Positions 34,801-47,849 of a stretch of 64,000 nt of DNA are shown piece by piece. The notes beneath the pieces are model-generated. The model saw only the letters and a list, made by a program, of their open reading frames with translations, did not search any database and had not been told where the DNA came from. The position numbers were made by a program, and so were the translations under genes. Source of the DNA: Amphiscolops sp. MND2022 (Eukaryota); contig OZ076409.1 in the NCBI GenBank assembly GCA_964187785.1, forward strand, positions 9,178,001-9,242,000, given 5' to 3'. Within the stretch, counting starts at the first letter, position 1. Every line of letters starts with the position of its first letter.

Positions 34801-36189
34801 CAAATTATGTATTAGATATTCACAGTAATAACGATATTTGGTGTGAGCAGATGGTAAATAGCATGAAATAATCAATTTTGTCAGTTTTTTTAAGAGTTAG
34901 GGAGCGTAGAGTTACTAATCCGTTAACATCACAACCCAAAGCAATTGTTCGGAAACAATAGATCTTCTGACGCAGATCATGGAACATCCGCGAGTAGTGT
35001 CCACAATGGTGATTTTTGCTTGGATGGGTAGCATTGATACTCTGGGAGAAAGGGTTCACATTTTGTATTAGCATCTGTTAGCCATATTTCGCAAAGTCGA
35101 ATGTTCTCGTTTTTTTTTTTCAGATGAAAGAAAGTTCGAAAACCTTCTCGGTTTAGCTTCTGAATTTGTAAAAAATAGGAATTCTCTGGATAAATGAATT
35201 CGTCAGGAATTCAGTTTTGATGTCTTCCTTATACAAAAAACACTCCATTTCAAATCGAAATGTCTCTCGAGTGGTTATTTACCCTCTTCTTATTTTCAAT
35301 ACGTTAACTGCTGTTCTGTTTCTACCGACTTTGATGAATATAAATTTTTCATTTTCATTCTTGTGGGCTGTTTTCATTCATTTATTTTTCATTTATGTAC
35401 TCGAGATCAAAGGTCTTCAGCATTCATACTCAGACTTTTACCTTGCGAATATTGTAACTGTTCTTGAACTTCAAAAGATCCCTAAACCACGTTGAGTTTT
35501 AATCAAACTTTCCGTTCCGGTGGAAGCCGATCTGTCTTTTTTGTCAACTGCCTGGTGGTTCACAACGTTATGAAACAGCTTCGTTGACACCTTCTGAGGA
35601 GCTACTATGGGTAGACCTGAAACCCCCCGCTTTGCCCTTTGAATCTGCCAAAACTTTGGGACCACTAATCAGCGATTTAGCGCAGATTTTGTTCAGCGCT
35701 TTTAGTAGCAACTCGAATTAGCAGCATCTAAGAAACTGTTCGAAATCAAAACTTCATCTCAGTATACAGGGAGTTACAGAATGAATTTCGAAAAATTCCA
35801 ACTCTAACCATTGTATAACACACAGAGTATGAAAAATTCCCTTTTTTCCCCGCAAAGACTGAAATTAGTTGTCATTTAATTTTAAATTATACTTGAAACA
35901 AAAGTTTAATAGCGTTTTCTTTGTGTTCCAAGGTTAAATTTCGATCAAGTTTTGTTGGAGTTTTTCCTCCATTTTTGTTTTATTTTTCTCTTGATAGAAG
36001 CTTCCATTTCAGGAAGGTGACTGTTGTACTTCTAATAACAATTTTTCAAATAGAGTCAGGAAAGGGAAAACTCCTTTTTTTCAGTTGATGACGACTCGGT
36101 TGTCGCTTGAGATGCAGATGCCATCCCACACCGGGTTTTCTCCACGCTTCCGATAGATTTGATAAAATTGGCAACATCTTCGGCAATTT

Positions 36190-36315
36190 CTCATATGGAT
36201 ACTGTTTTTCCCAATGGTTGGGAGTGGGCAATCATCGCAGAAGAAATGGTTGTTTCTCGATTTGCCACGGAAACTGTCCCAATTCTCGCTGTTACCAAGG
36301 CAAGCGCTGTGAATC
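36190..36315 (+). pseudogene. Decayed EGF-like module
   Basis: Across frames it reads YCF.NG.E..IIAEEMVV..IC...CYQGKRCE, resembling the EGF at 40092-40230. Confidence 0.45.
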
Positions 36316-36569
36316 CACAGCTCTGAAATTTCGCAATGAATCTAATTTTTGCATTCAGTTTCATGGCACAATTTGGAAGAGTCTCGTTGTTTCGAGGCCA
36401 ATCTACCTCGAGTTTCAGGCATATTGGAAAGAAGGTATTTAATGGTAATGAGTTTATCACATTATTGTGTAATCGCTTTCTTCAAAAGGATCCCTGTCAC
36501 TCATTGTTTCTAGAACACAAGCCGCATTGACGTTTTCTGTAGCTATTGCATACGTTTTTAAAAAAATAT

Positions 36570-37330
36570 CGGCTCGTTAAATATCGTGCGAACGACGGAG
36601 CATTTTACAGAGGGGTGTTCTCATTATTTTACTGCTTCCACCTAAAGAAACTTAACTTCCAGTTCCACCGGGTGAAAGATGTGTTCGTTCTCAATCAAAC
36701 CTTGAAACATCTCAAGATTCTAAAAATCTGCATCGGATACGGGAATCCAAGGGTCGCTCAAGGAGTTTTGATTCAAGCGGCTTGTTGCAAGGTCATCGAC
36801 AACTGTGATATCACATGCAAACTGTTCACCCATTTCCCAAGGAACCATGGTAACACCGTCTGCGCGATTGCCGTCGAATCAGTACAGTCCACGGGGTACC
36901 AGCATTGAAGGCGAGCCGCGAGTCTGCTTTATGGGTCACTTAAGATTAGTATGACGTGAGATGAGACACGCATTTTTGATGCAATAAAGACCGTGTAAAC
37001 CGTGACTTTCAACTCTTTTACCACTGCGCAAGACAGATAAATGTCCCAAGGCGTAGACTGACAGAAATCCGGAGCTGCTGATCATCGAATTTCAGGTCCA
37101 AGATTTTACAGGGTACGACGTTTAACCACTGCAACACAAACTAAAATTGTTGAGCGTTGAAAGCTTTCGAATGTTTATCGTCCATTTTAGATTTCAAGCT
37201 CAGAGCAGTACGCTGGACCAAGGGTTGGGTTCAGTTTCTCCGGGTCTCATCGAAAGGAACCTCCGGTGCGAAAAGATGATTACAACACCTACGCTTAGTC
37301 GTTTTCCACCGCTTTCATCACTCAAATGAT
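36570..37330 (-). mobile_element. Second RLE-type non-LTR retrotransposon 3' remnant
   Basis: The minus strand reads QLRISVSLRLG, GKRVESHGLHGLYC...SRH (zinc knuckle), PRGLY..DG..ADGVTMVPWEMG.Q...DITVVD. Confidence 0.72.
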
Positions 37331-38153
37331 CTTTACACCCGAATTGTTAACCCAGTAGACCAGTATACATATACATAGTCGGAAGTTTTTGCACATTCTG
37401 GTTAAACCGTTTTGAGTCTCGGATAAACTTCACAGCAGTATTGCGAACAGGTATAGACCATTAGCAATCCAATATAACCCAAGGGAGCGGTTGTGACAAA
37501 AATTATAGGTAGTAATTTTCCTCGAAAGATTCTGTCGCTCAGTTTCTTGAACACTTGCTACATTTCCAACCTGGAGAGCTATCGAGATACCTAGCTTGGA
37601 GAAACGAAAAATCTGAGGACCAGTTGGAAGCGCAAAGGAATGCATTTAAACAGTATTTAACAGGGGAAAACTCTAAAGGGGTTGATAGAAAACTCTAAAG
37701 GGCTTGCGTCCTGAAACAGCTGACCCGAAATACATCACTGGAGCCTCCAATAAAACGTTTCTAAATCGTCCAAGAATTTTTGAACAAATCTTCGTACGCC
37801 TGCTATGAAAACTCATGGGGAGTCACGGCCACTCAATTTCAGATGCAAACAAATTGTGAAGGTTTTCTCTGGTTTCCGTCCTCCCACTTGTCATCGAAGA
37901 TGTTCTAAAACGCATGAGCGGACGACATGCTTAACGAAATGTGCCGTTCTAAATATGATCGAGCTCGGCTCGAAAAAGCAACAAGTGTTTGGGCAAAATT
38001 GTGTCATAAAATACGCCTTTCATACTCGTGCATAGAAATTAGATTGAAACGAAAATAAAATAATGCGGTTAATTGATACCAACAACGCCTTTAACTCACT
38101 GAATTGTTCCCTTTTTACCTAAATTGGTTCTTCAAAAGGTCAAACTTATTTTT

Positions 38154-38661
38154 GGTCGGCGCTTTTATTAATAAAAGTATTAATTAAAAGACCGACTCTT
38201 ACAGTCACTCATTTTTTAAAATTTAAGACAGACTCGAAGCGACGAACGTCAACGTTCAGTATCTTCAACTAAAGGAAACTAAACGAATACCCCGGAAACG
38301 CATCTAAGTTATTCCAAAGGGTCCCCCCTTTGGTTTTTTACTTTTTATTTACTTTTTCAAGGAAACCCACAAAACCGGACGTGCCGAAAGGGTCCCCCTT
38401 TGGATTTTTTTTCGGCACTGTGCGACTTTTTTTCGAAAAATTTTCAATGTCCCCAAAGGTCCCCCCTTCGAGGTTTTTGATATTTTGCAACGGAATGTAT
38501 GTTAATAAATCCAGAAGGGTCCCCCTTTTACATTTTTGGGCACTATGCGACTTTTTTTGAAAGAGAAAAATTTTTCAAAAATTGCAAGTTTTTTTCCAAA
38601 AATTGTTTTGCGCTTTTTGAGCCTTAGATATGGCGCCGACTTTAGACGTTCTCGTGTTGTT
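38154..38661 (+). mobile_element. HINE/DINE-like non-autonomous element
   Basis: Sub-terminal inverted repeats GTCGGCGC / GCGCCGAC and internal GGGTCCCCC repeats related to 431-1442. The 5' end is homologous to 63809 onward. Confidence 0.6.
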
Positions 38662-40091
38662 CTTCTCTTCACGATACTATTTCAAACTCAAGAAACCACC
38701 TGGCGCTTCGGAAATAAGAAAAAGGTGTTGTTCAAAGGTATCATTGAGGAAGACCCCCTTGGTATTGTCACGTATGGTGTGGCTCATATGCTGCTCATCG
38801 ACAATCGTAGATCAGCTGTTTGCAGTTTAGAAAGCTTACGTCAAGTTTCAGACCATGTCATTAAACTTGTAATTTTTTTGGTTACGATGTCAAGTCGTCA
38901 AGGTGCCACGTTACAGTCTCCAAAGGAACCTCGATACTATTTGAATATGGATTCCGAGAACTGGCCTGAGATATTGGAAAAGAATATTTTGGTAATGACT
39001 TCATATAGCAAAAGGCAAAAAATACCTGTGTTACTGGCACCAACTGTGTTCAAACTCAAATCGGCTCTTTTCTGTTGCACGGAAGCTCGGAAGCTCGGAA
39101 CGTGATGCAAATACTAGCCAAGAAATCAGCCAAAAACGAGATGAGTCATCATTTGACAATATGAACTAGATTCTCAGCATCGTTCTGCCCAGAAGCTTGA
39201 TTCTCTGTCTCAGAGGATATAGGAGTTTTAAAAAATCAACCTGGTGAAACAAACTGAAATTTTTTATTAGGAAGTTTGGCCTTAAACTAGGTATACAGTG
39301 GAAAACTAGGTATACAGTGGAAGTCAATGGATGGGAAAAATTATTGTGTGCGTTTTTCATTTTTAATTTGCTGTAATCTTTTTATACAATGCAGTTAGTA
39401 TTTTTCCTGCTCGTGTTTTTCAATGACCAGGGGGTTATTCATCGACATTGCACAGGAGCGGTAGCGCTTACAGCACATCCCAGGCCAATTCTGATCCGAT
39501 CAGAGTCTCAGGATGAATCAGTGAAGTTTTCAGTTTTTCTTTCTTGGAACTTTGCCACTGACATTTTTGACGATGGTTATCAAGTATAGCGATGTGCATT
39601 GTCCCCTTCATTGTTTACCCATGTTCAAAGGAGTCATCGAGTTCCTGTCTGGTCTGAAGCTGTGCAATCGGTCCAATACAGTCCACAAGCGTGCAGCATT
39701 AGAGGTAACTCGATTGCATGGTCCGATCAACAGAGACTAGACGCGAAAGAGATCAGCAGAGAACAATCGAGATCAACAAACCGCTAAAAACCTCAACCAC
39801 TTTTGCTGAAAGACGGACCAAGCAAAACGATTGTTCTTTCAACACGGTAAAATTGAGTCGCAGTGGTTCATTGAACTTACCTTAGTATCGCGGTTTCTAA
39901 TCGTGCTCTGAAGTTTAATTTTCACTGACGCTTTGCAAGTTAACGTAGATTTGATGCTACGTAGACTAGAATGTTACAAATTTCGAAAAACAAAGTCAGC
40001 TTAGTTGAGGTGTGACTGAATGGGCAGAACTCTATGCGAAATTAGAATTGAATTGCAAATGTTGTATTCCTTGTGTATATGGAATGTAATT

Positions 40092-40418
40092 TCAGTGATA
40101 CCATAAGTATTTCTCACAACGTTTACCGCCATAGAGAGCCAAACATTTGCATGCAACAATATTTTCTTCCGGCACGTTGCAGCAGTGACCCCCATTCATA
40201 CAAAAACCTCCGTATTGCGGTGAACAATCGGAGTAAAATGTTACTGATGAATTTATGGGTTGTTCAAATTTGGCTGATTTTATTTTTATAGACTCTTTGT
40301 TTACTGTTTTGTCTTTGTTTCCCACAACCAATTCAGCTCCGTTCACCAGCAGTATCACGGTGGCTATTACGGAGACGATGGTTGCGCAAATAACTATGAT
40401 TTGTCATCAGTTTATCAT
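40092..40418 (-). pseudogene. Intronless membrane-anchored single-EGF-domain ORF with two early TGA codons
   Basis: MIN**QIIVICATIVSVIATVILLV (hydrophobic), then CSPQYGGFCMNGGHCCNVPEENIVACKCLALYGGKRCEKYLWYH. Confidence 0.78.
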
Positions 40419-42641
40419 GCTCCGTTTTTACCTGCTCTGCACACTTGCCAAGTCGTAAATTTATTTGTTATGTACGTGAAACCTCTTCCAAAGCAAACAG
40501 TGTAATTCAAATATTTGTAAAACGGACGTAAAAATCAAGGATTAGACCCGTTGTTAACTGCCAAATCGCAAAGAACACCCACCGTTGTGAACCCTCCCAT
40601 CTTCCATACTACTTACGACCTTTAAATTTCTAGGATGTCTTGACTTGCGTTTCATGGAATCTTTGCCCAATCACCAGGTACCGGTGTGTTTGTATGTATC
40701 TCGATTTCTTTTGCGCCCATATATCTAGGCATTTTTGGCAGCCAAATTCAATACTGTTCATACCCTAATAATCAGGAGCTCATTTGGAGTGTTCATTGCC
40801 AAGGTAATGGGCTAAAAATCGTCCAAAAAGCTTTGAAGAAATTCTGGGCTAGATGAAAGACTTTTACCAAAAGCTTGCCTTATAAAAAACAATTGAATTG
40901 AGACTTCAAAAATACTTCAATTGAATTAACGTATACAATGAAAATGAAGTTCTAATTATCTAAAGTAGTAATCACATTATAAGTAGCAACTTTCACGAGA
41001 CTAAACGTCACAAAGACGAATGCTTTCAACATAAAGTTGATTTAGTTGTTCACTTACTAGTTTACTAGTATGTAATCTCTAGAAATGCATTAAAAACGGG
41101 TTAAAACACGCAGAAGCATAAAAAAATTCAAGTTAGACATGTTAGACAAGAGTTTCAATGCTTTTGAGACTTCCATGACACGACTTCAACACTTACATTT
41201 CAGTTCTAGCGATAATCAAAAATTGGTTTCAACTGAAAGCATCGTCATCATTGGTGAATTTCCACTTCAATTCAAGTCTTCTGTTTTCGAACTTTCAGTA
41301 CTTTTACGAATTTTGCAAACAACGTATTTCTCACAGCTATTTGGGATCATGCATACAAAATGTGAACAAAAAATACTCTTGATTTTATGGTCAAGTTTTC
41401 CCTTTAAAAACGTGTATATTTTTGAGAAAATTGTGTGAGAAAAAAGTGAACAAAAACTATTTTCAGTCGTAGATTTATTTGCCTTGATTTTCAGTCATGT
41501 CATGGGAGCTTTTAGCCGTTAAATGTTAAGCGAAAATCATTCAAAGGGTACAACATATATTCATACAGTGAGGTCACTCATGTTGGTTAGAGGGTAAGGT
41601 TTTGTAATAACCCAGTTTTTAACTGATCAATCAAAGCAACCAGGGGTTTTAGAAAGTCATTTAAAAATAAACCGGGTTAATCTTCCATAGATAATTGACA
41701 TGATCCTGCTAAGATGTTGTATGTTGGTAAGATTTCACAAAAACAGACATGATTCCGAGAAAAATGTTACTGAGAACGACAAGATGTCAAGGATAAAAAT
41801 TTCAGGATAGCAAGAAAAAGTAGCATCAGAAAAAGTTACAAATATTTGAAATAGAATTTAATCGGAATTGAAGATCACTGCATTAAATACAAGAAATAAG
41901 GTCTAACTCACTAAAATGAAATACAAATCACAAAAAAATTCTGACGTATTAATAAATACAAATCACAAGAAGAGATTTTTTACAAGCGAAAAGGAACTCG
42001 GATATGAGATCTTCACCATGATCACGTGACCATGAGAACGCTTAACCAAACTAGCTTTCTCTCAAATCTGATTGGACGACAAACTAAGCAACTGTTATAT
42101 AAACGGCTACCGCAAATCCACGTTGCTGCATTCCGTTTGTGGTGCTAGATCCTTTGGCCGACGGCGCTATTGACCAACGATGCAATTGGCAGACTAAATA
42201 GTTTCAGAACATCGGAATTAGACCTCAGATAGAGTTCTTAATTTTAAATGAAAATAGAGTTTTCACAGAGATCAGGAAAATGACCTGATCTTGATCCAGA
42301 ACCATTTAATTTTTGTATCCTTTCAAATTAGAAATAGTGAGCGCGTTGACAAGCAAATTTCTGATGCACATCTAGCTTTTGATTCGATGCGATTTATAGT
42401 TAGTTATTCACAAAGTTCAGAATATTCGAACTAATATCCAATCACGTTCAATAGGGTTGTCTAACTGCATAGTCGGTCAATTGAACAGTCGACAAATTGT
42501 TCAATGGGCTCCATTTTCAATTTTGCTCACCATTGTTAGTAATGATTACGTAATCTGTAAATGTCGGCTGCAGATTTTCAGCTTTAACTTTTTTCGTCAT
42601 TAAGCTCGATTGGCTATACTACCTATCACAGCGAGATCTCT

Positions 42642-42904
42642 TCAGTCAGTTCTGATCAAACGACATGAAAACATGTAGTACATCATGCCCACTGCGTAGT
42701 ACAATGCAGCTGCAATGACTGAGTAAAGGTAGACCATACTTTGAACACCTTCTTTGATGATACAGGCGTATGCTAGGAGACAAAGCAAGATACAAACAAC
42801 GGCTCCCGGCAGTCGGAATGGGGAGTGGTAGGTGTCAGGGTTAAGGTTTTTCACCTTGAGCACTATGTAGGACACGCACTGAAGTATGTAGGAGACCAGG
42901 GCGC
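42642..42904 (-). CDS. APC-family amino acid/ethanolamine permease-like gene, last coding exon seen
   Basis: AG acceptor at 42906-42905. The phase-1 join gives NLALLG|ALVSYILQCVSYIVLK...YHSPFRLPG followed by two TM helices. Confidence 0.85.
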
Positions 42905-45065
42905 CTGAAAAACATAAAATGTAGAACTATAGAGGAGTTTGGACTCAATTGATTGCATGTTTTTCTAGATCACTACTGTAGGGAAATTGCTACTAGTGTC
43001 TATTTGATACTACTAATTTGCAACGCAATCAAAAACAGTTACTAGTTAAGGGCTAGTTTTATTCGTTGTGTTGCTTTAATAAAATTTAATTTTTTGACAA
43101 TTTCGATGAATTGTAGGAATGTTTGATTATACTTCCACAGACATTTTGGCCTGACTGCTGATTGCAATCGAAACACAAACTATCAGCAAGTAACACCGTA
43201 GTTTTCACCAATAGTAGAAGCTGCCTGGTAGCGAGTTTCGTTTCAGCCAGTAGTCCTGTCAAATACCTGTCAAGATTTTTGTATCAAGTGTTTTCTGGAT
43301 TCTTTAGAATTTACTACCAGAACAGTCTACTTTTCTAATACTTACCAAAAGTGCGTTGCGAAAAAAAAACACGCCCTAGTCAAAAGGTCAAAAGCGTCCT
43401 AGTGGAAAGCGCCCCAATCGAAAGTGTCCACTTTATGCAGTCAAAAGCGCCATAGCCTAAAAAGCTCCAACATGGAGCGCCGCTTTAAATTATAGGTGAT
43501 TTCTCCGTCTCAAATCAAACCTAGTTTAACCTGTGCTAAAAAAATCACTGAGTGGTTGTACCAAAAAAGGCATTTTCGAAAGTCCATTTTGAAACTAATT
43601 AGGTTTTTAATTTTGGTTTCCCTGTTTTAACCACCAAATATTAACCTTAGAATAACCGTACAGATCAGGTATAATCTGCAAGGTTCTGGCATCTCAGATA
43701 CTCTCTGTCAGAGCCTGATATTTCTAGAAAGATTAATTCAAGGTTTTTCGAAGTTTTTGTAATATGTAAGCTTCGTGTAAGGAAATGTCAGGCAGGTTTC
43801 CTTTGTTCTTTACAAGCCATTACGACGCCAGTTGTTGATTTTTTTTTCAAGAATTGCCAAGAGCTAGTTTTCACAACTACCAAAAAGTGTTTTCAAGAAT
43901 TCTCGAAAGTTATGCACTTCAAAGAAATTGGCAGTGCCTCCAAAATGATTGAAGAATTCACACACTAATTTTATCAGTGCTAAAATGAATTTTTCACAAA
44001 ATGAGAAATATGCTTTGCGGATTCATCATATTACTGATAATCTACGCTGCACATGTAACAGCATTGGTTTGAGAATTCTTCACATTTTGACATTTCTTGA
44101 ACTTTTTGAGATATTTGAAGACTTTTTTGAATTCTTGGTCACTTTTTCGCGGATTGGCGTCGTAATGGCTTTGTCACTGTTTTCACATGTTTAACATTTT
44201 TCACTTTCCACCATTTTTGCGCGTGCTTTGATGTTTTAGGCGACTTTGTCTTGAGGTTTTTCAATTTCACTTTCATTTTGGGAAACTTTCAACCAGAAAA
44301 TAGAATTGTTCAAAACATGAACACAATGTACAATTTATGAAGTACAATAAGATATTCATACAGTACATAGCTTCATATCAGAAACAGATCCTTTTCCTAG
44401 CACAGGGAGTCCTTCATTGTTTTTCTACATTCTACGTTTTCTACATTTGTGGTTTTTGAGGATTTCTGTTGCAAGAAAATCGTTTCCTTAGTCTTCAGGT
44501 GTGACCGATATAGTTTCTTTTGGTCACGTGGGACTGATGAGGGTGTTCTCAAGACTTTTGGACTTTTCTCACATGAAGTTTGGAGCTGCTTCATGGTGGA
44601 AACGCGCATATAAAAAATTCCTGTCACCCCCCCCTTGATCCTATTATACACGACGGTTCTTTTCTGTTTTCCACCCACCACCTATTTTTTCGAAAAAAAT
44701 TCTTGTGAAAATATTAAAATAAAAAGACTTAGAACTGAATTCGAAACCTTTACTTTTACATTTATTCTCACAATGAAAGTTCAGAATTGAGATACTAACT
44801 TTGTTTAAGCTATACTTCCTAATGAAGTCACGCATTCTTGTTGAAAGTTCAACAGCTTCCTGTTTTGAATCACAAAAAAACAGTTAATTTTCAACCTATT
44901 CGCAGTCAAAAAGTGTGAAAAAATGTTTTGTTCAAACAAAAAACTATTCCAATAGAAGTTAATTTCATGTTATGGAAAAAATTTTACTTCGCATTCAACT
45001 AGTTTAAAAAATTTCGGTAAATTTCTCTCAAAAAACTTGATGGTGGGGGGAACAGAAAAGAGCCT

Positions 45066-45145
45066 ATACGACGTGAAGCGACAATTCGTCCCAAAGTCCA
45101 AAAAGCGACAATTCGTCCCAATTATAAAAAACTGCAACTCGTCCT
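45066..45145. repeat. Left arm of a foldback/MITE-like element split by element C
   Basis: GCGACAATTCGTCCCA repeats here; inverted copies (TGGGACGAATTGTCGC) lie at 61030-61175. Confidence 0.65.
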
Positions 45146-45197
45146 CACTTTAATTGCCCATTTATACCTTTGTAATAATGAAATCCGGAAATATTAC

Positions 45198-47105
45198 TGT
45201 GTTGACCGTGATTCGGGAGTAAATCACTTGGTTCAACTAGTCTATATCTATATTCCGCGTTTTCTACATCTTCGTCGTCGGGACCATGACGTACGTTGTT
45301 AGACGGTCTTTCTGTCAGCGTATCGATTTTAGAAGTCAGGTTCTCTATCATCTTCAGAATCTCACGCTGTCCGACTTCCGCGTCTTTGTTTCTTTTACTT
45401 ACAGATTTTTCTATCTTTTCAGATAATTCCGTAAAATCCTTATCAGACAAAGTAGCAGCGTTTTCAGTTCTTATGCTAGAAGATTCAGGTTCGTCTAAAG
45501 AGTTCACAGGGGAATCCCTTCTGGCTTTTCTTTTGGAGCTACGTTCTGGCATCTTACGTAGGCTTGATAATTCTCGATTTTCTTTTTACGGAAATTAGAG
45601 GAAGTTCTCAAGTGACAAAGTGTGACGTTTCAAGATTTTTAATTATCGTTAAACGAAAGATAATTGTTTCGCAAAATAACAAAATTCAACTAAAAAATGG
45701 CTTCTAGCTCGCATTGTATTTATACTTCCCATCCCGGAAATCGGGGAAAAGACACGAACATACTTCACATTTTGTTCAGTCCGGCGTCCGTCCGAGGCAG
45801 GGAAACAGGAAATTCAGTTCCGCTTTGTCGAACTCAGGCTTTCAGCTTGTTCATGCTTTCCGAAGAAAAGCACGCATCCACTTCCGGCCTGAGTTGCGAC
45901 TCCGCTTCCCTTCGCCTCCAATTTCCCGCCTCTTCAGGACGCCGAACTGAAAAATTATCAACGACACGCGCTATGAGCCACTGAATAATATTGATTAACT
46001 GCACAAATTTGGGAACAAATGATGACAACCATTTTTCTTTACAAATAATTCCCTAAATTAAATAAATCAGCAACAATTTGAATGAAATTCAACACAAATT
46101 ACACATTAGGCTTTAAATGAAAGAGTAGAATTGCTTCTACAGTACTTGTAGCTCTGATTTTGATTAATAACACAAAGCCTGGTCCCAGGCCATAGTCCGG
46201 GACGGACAAACATGTTCAGTGGGTAAAGCAACTATTATTTATAAACAGCATCAGATACATTGTTCAGAAAGGTATTTAATGCAATTAAACGGCAACAGAT
46301 TCAGGGAACAGGATATACATGTTATTAACACTTGGTTTAATATTCGGTACTAAATCTTTGGTTCAGGCTGCGGTTCAGGCCTGTTTATAGATTAATCAAT
46401 ATTTACATGTAAAAGAACGTTATATGTAATATTTTAAACGACAATATAGTTTAAGATCGTAGATAATAATCTCTAGGTTCATTTTGAGACAAAGTTACAT
46501 GGTAGCATCATCATCTTTCACTTTCGTGATTGATTTATCGTAATTAACTCTCAGGCCGCATCCCAGGCCGCGGTACGTGATGTTCTATTAAGTTAGCACG
46601 GAAATCTCAATTGTTGGTATATTTGCAATCGTAATGTTAATAAATCACTGCACTAGACATTAGTTCGTTTACATGTATTCACTATAGCGCGCGCTTGCAT
46701 ATTGATCCGCTGAGGTTGCAATTCTCAGGCTGCCTGCCAGGCCGCCGCTTCAGTGCGAGTATTTGAGGCCGGCTGCCAGGCCTCAGTTCCGCCTTTAATT
46801 TCTCAGTTCATTCACTGAGCGGTGTAATTCAATTATTATTATTACATAGTATTGTATTATTATTAACTGCACAAATAGCTCCGTTATTCCGTAAGTACGT
46901 ATTTATATAAGTGTACAATATTATGATAATAATACTAATATGCATATATTTAATAATTTAACTTCAAATTTATATTGTTTAACTCCTTTGTTTCTGATTG
47001 TTTGTCCGTTGTCTATTTCCTCTTCTTTTGTTCTTTTCCCAATTTATTCTTCGAAGACTGGGTTGTGTTTGTTGCAATACTCGCAGCTCAGTCGGGGCTG
47101 TGACA
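45198..47105 (-). repeat. 3' LTR of element C
   Basis: Near-identical to 58916-60823. On the minus strand it is preceded by purine-rich AGAAGCCGAGGAC. Confidence 0.97.
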
Positions 47106-47849
47106 GTCCTCGGCTTCTGTACCCAGTTCCCTCAGGAAGAAGAAATTGGGAAATCGATCGAATCGGGGTCTCAAATAGCGTTGGGAGATCGTCAGTTAAG
47201 GAATTGTAGGATCGCCAAGATGAGTCTGTCTCCCAATCACTTCCCGAATAGTAGCCTTCTGAGCTACTGTAGAAACTTATCGGGCTATCAATGTGTAGTC
47301 GGGATCATCGTAAATTTCACGGTCGAATTGCCTGACCGGGCTCACAAATGTGTCTTCGGGGATCACTGGGTTGTCTTGCGTGAAACGTCTGATGACTCCC
47401 GTCTAGTTTTCTGTGTTCGTAGTATCGGCCGGCGTTTCTTCATGTACTAGGACTACGTGGTAGTCCTGTGTTTTAACGATTTCGTAAGTAATGTTAATTT
47501 GCCGCGTGGTAATTAGGTTATAATCTGGTGGCGGTGTACCGGCTCTTTGTTCGGGCTGCTGCTGTTGATCTCGTTCGAGAATGAAGACGTCTTCGTCCAT
47601 TTTGCTGTTTGAATTTGGATGATTCATTGTAGTAGAAAACTAAGCGTCAGTCAATTTTTAGTACAACTGATTTGCTTCGCTTGGAAAATTTGTTCACACG
47701 GTTTGTGTCAACTCCATGAATTGTTCAGCTGGCAGACTGAACAACTCTCCTTATATAGTGGATAACTTTTAGTAATAATATTTCCATTGATTTTACGCCA
47801 CATCTTCTTTTTATTTTTTCCATGGTTTGTTATTTTCAGACAATTGATT

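Noticed and set aside
38536..39105. 189-aa ORF
   Set aside because: It starts within a repeat element and has no recognisable motif, so it is likely spurious.
39380..39790. Possible further exon or 3' UTR of the permease
   Set aside because: No sustained frame or convincing splice pairing, and a stop is already present at 42642.
45145..45552. Independent 135-aa gene
   Set aside because: It is the gag N-terminus duplicated in the 3' LTR and running into flanking DNA.
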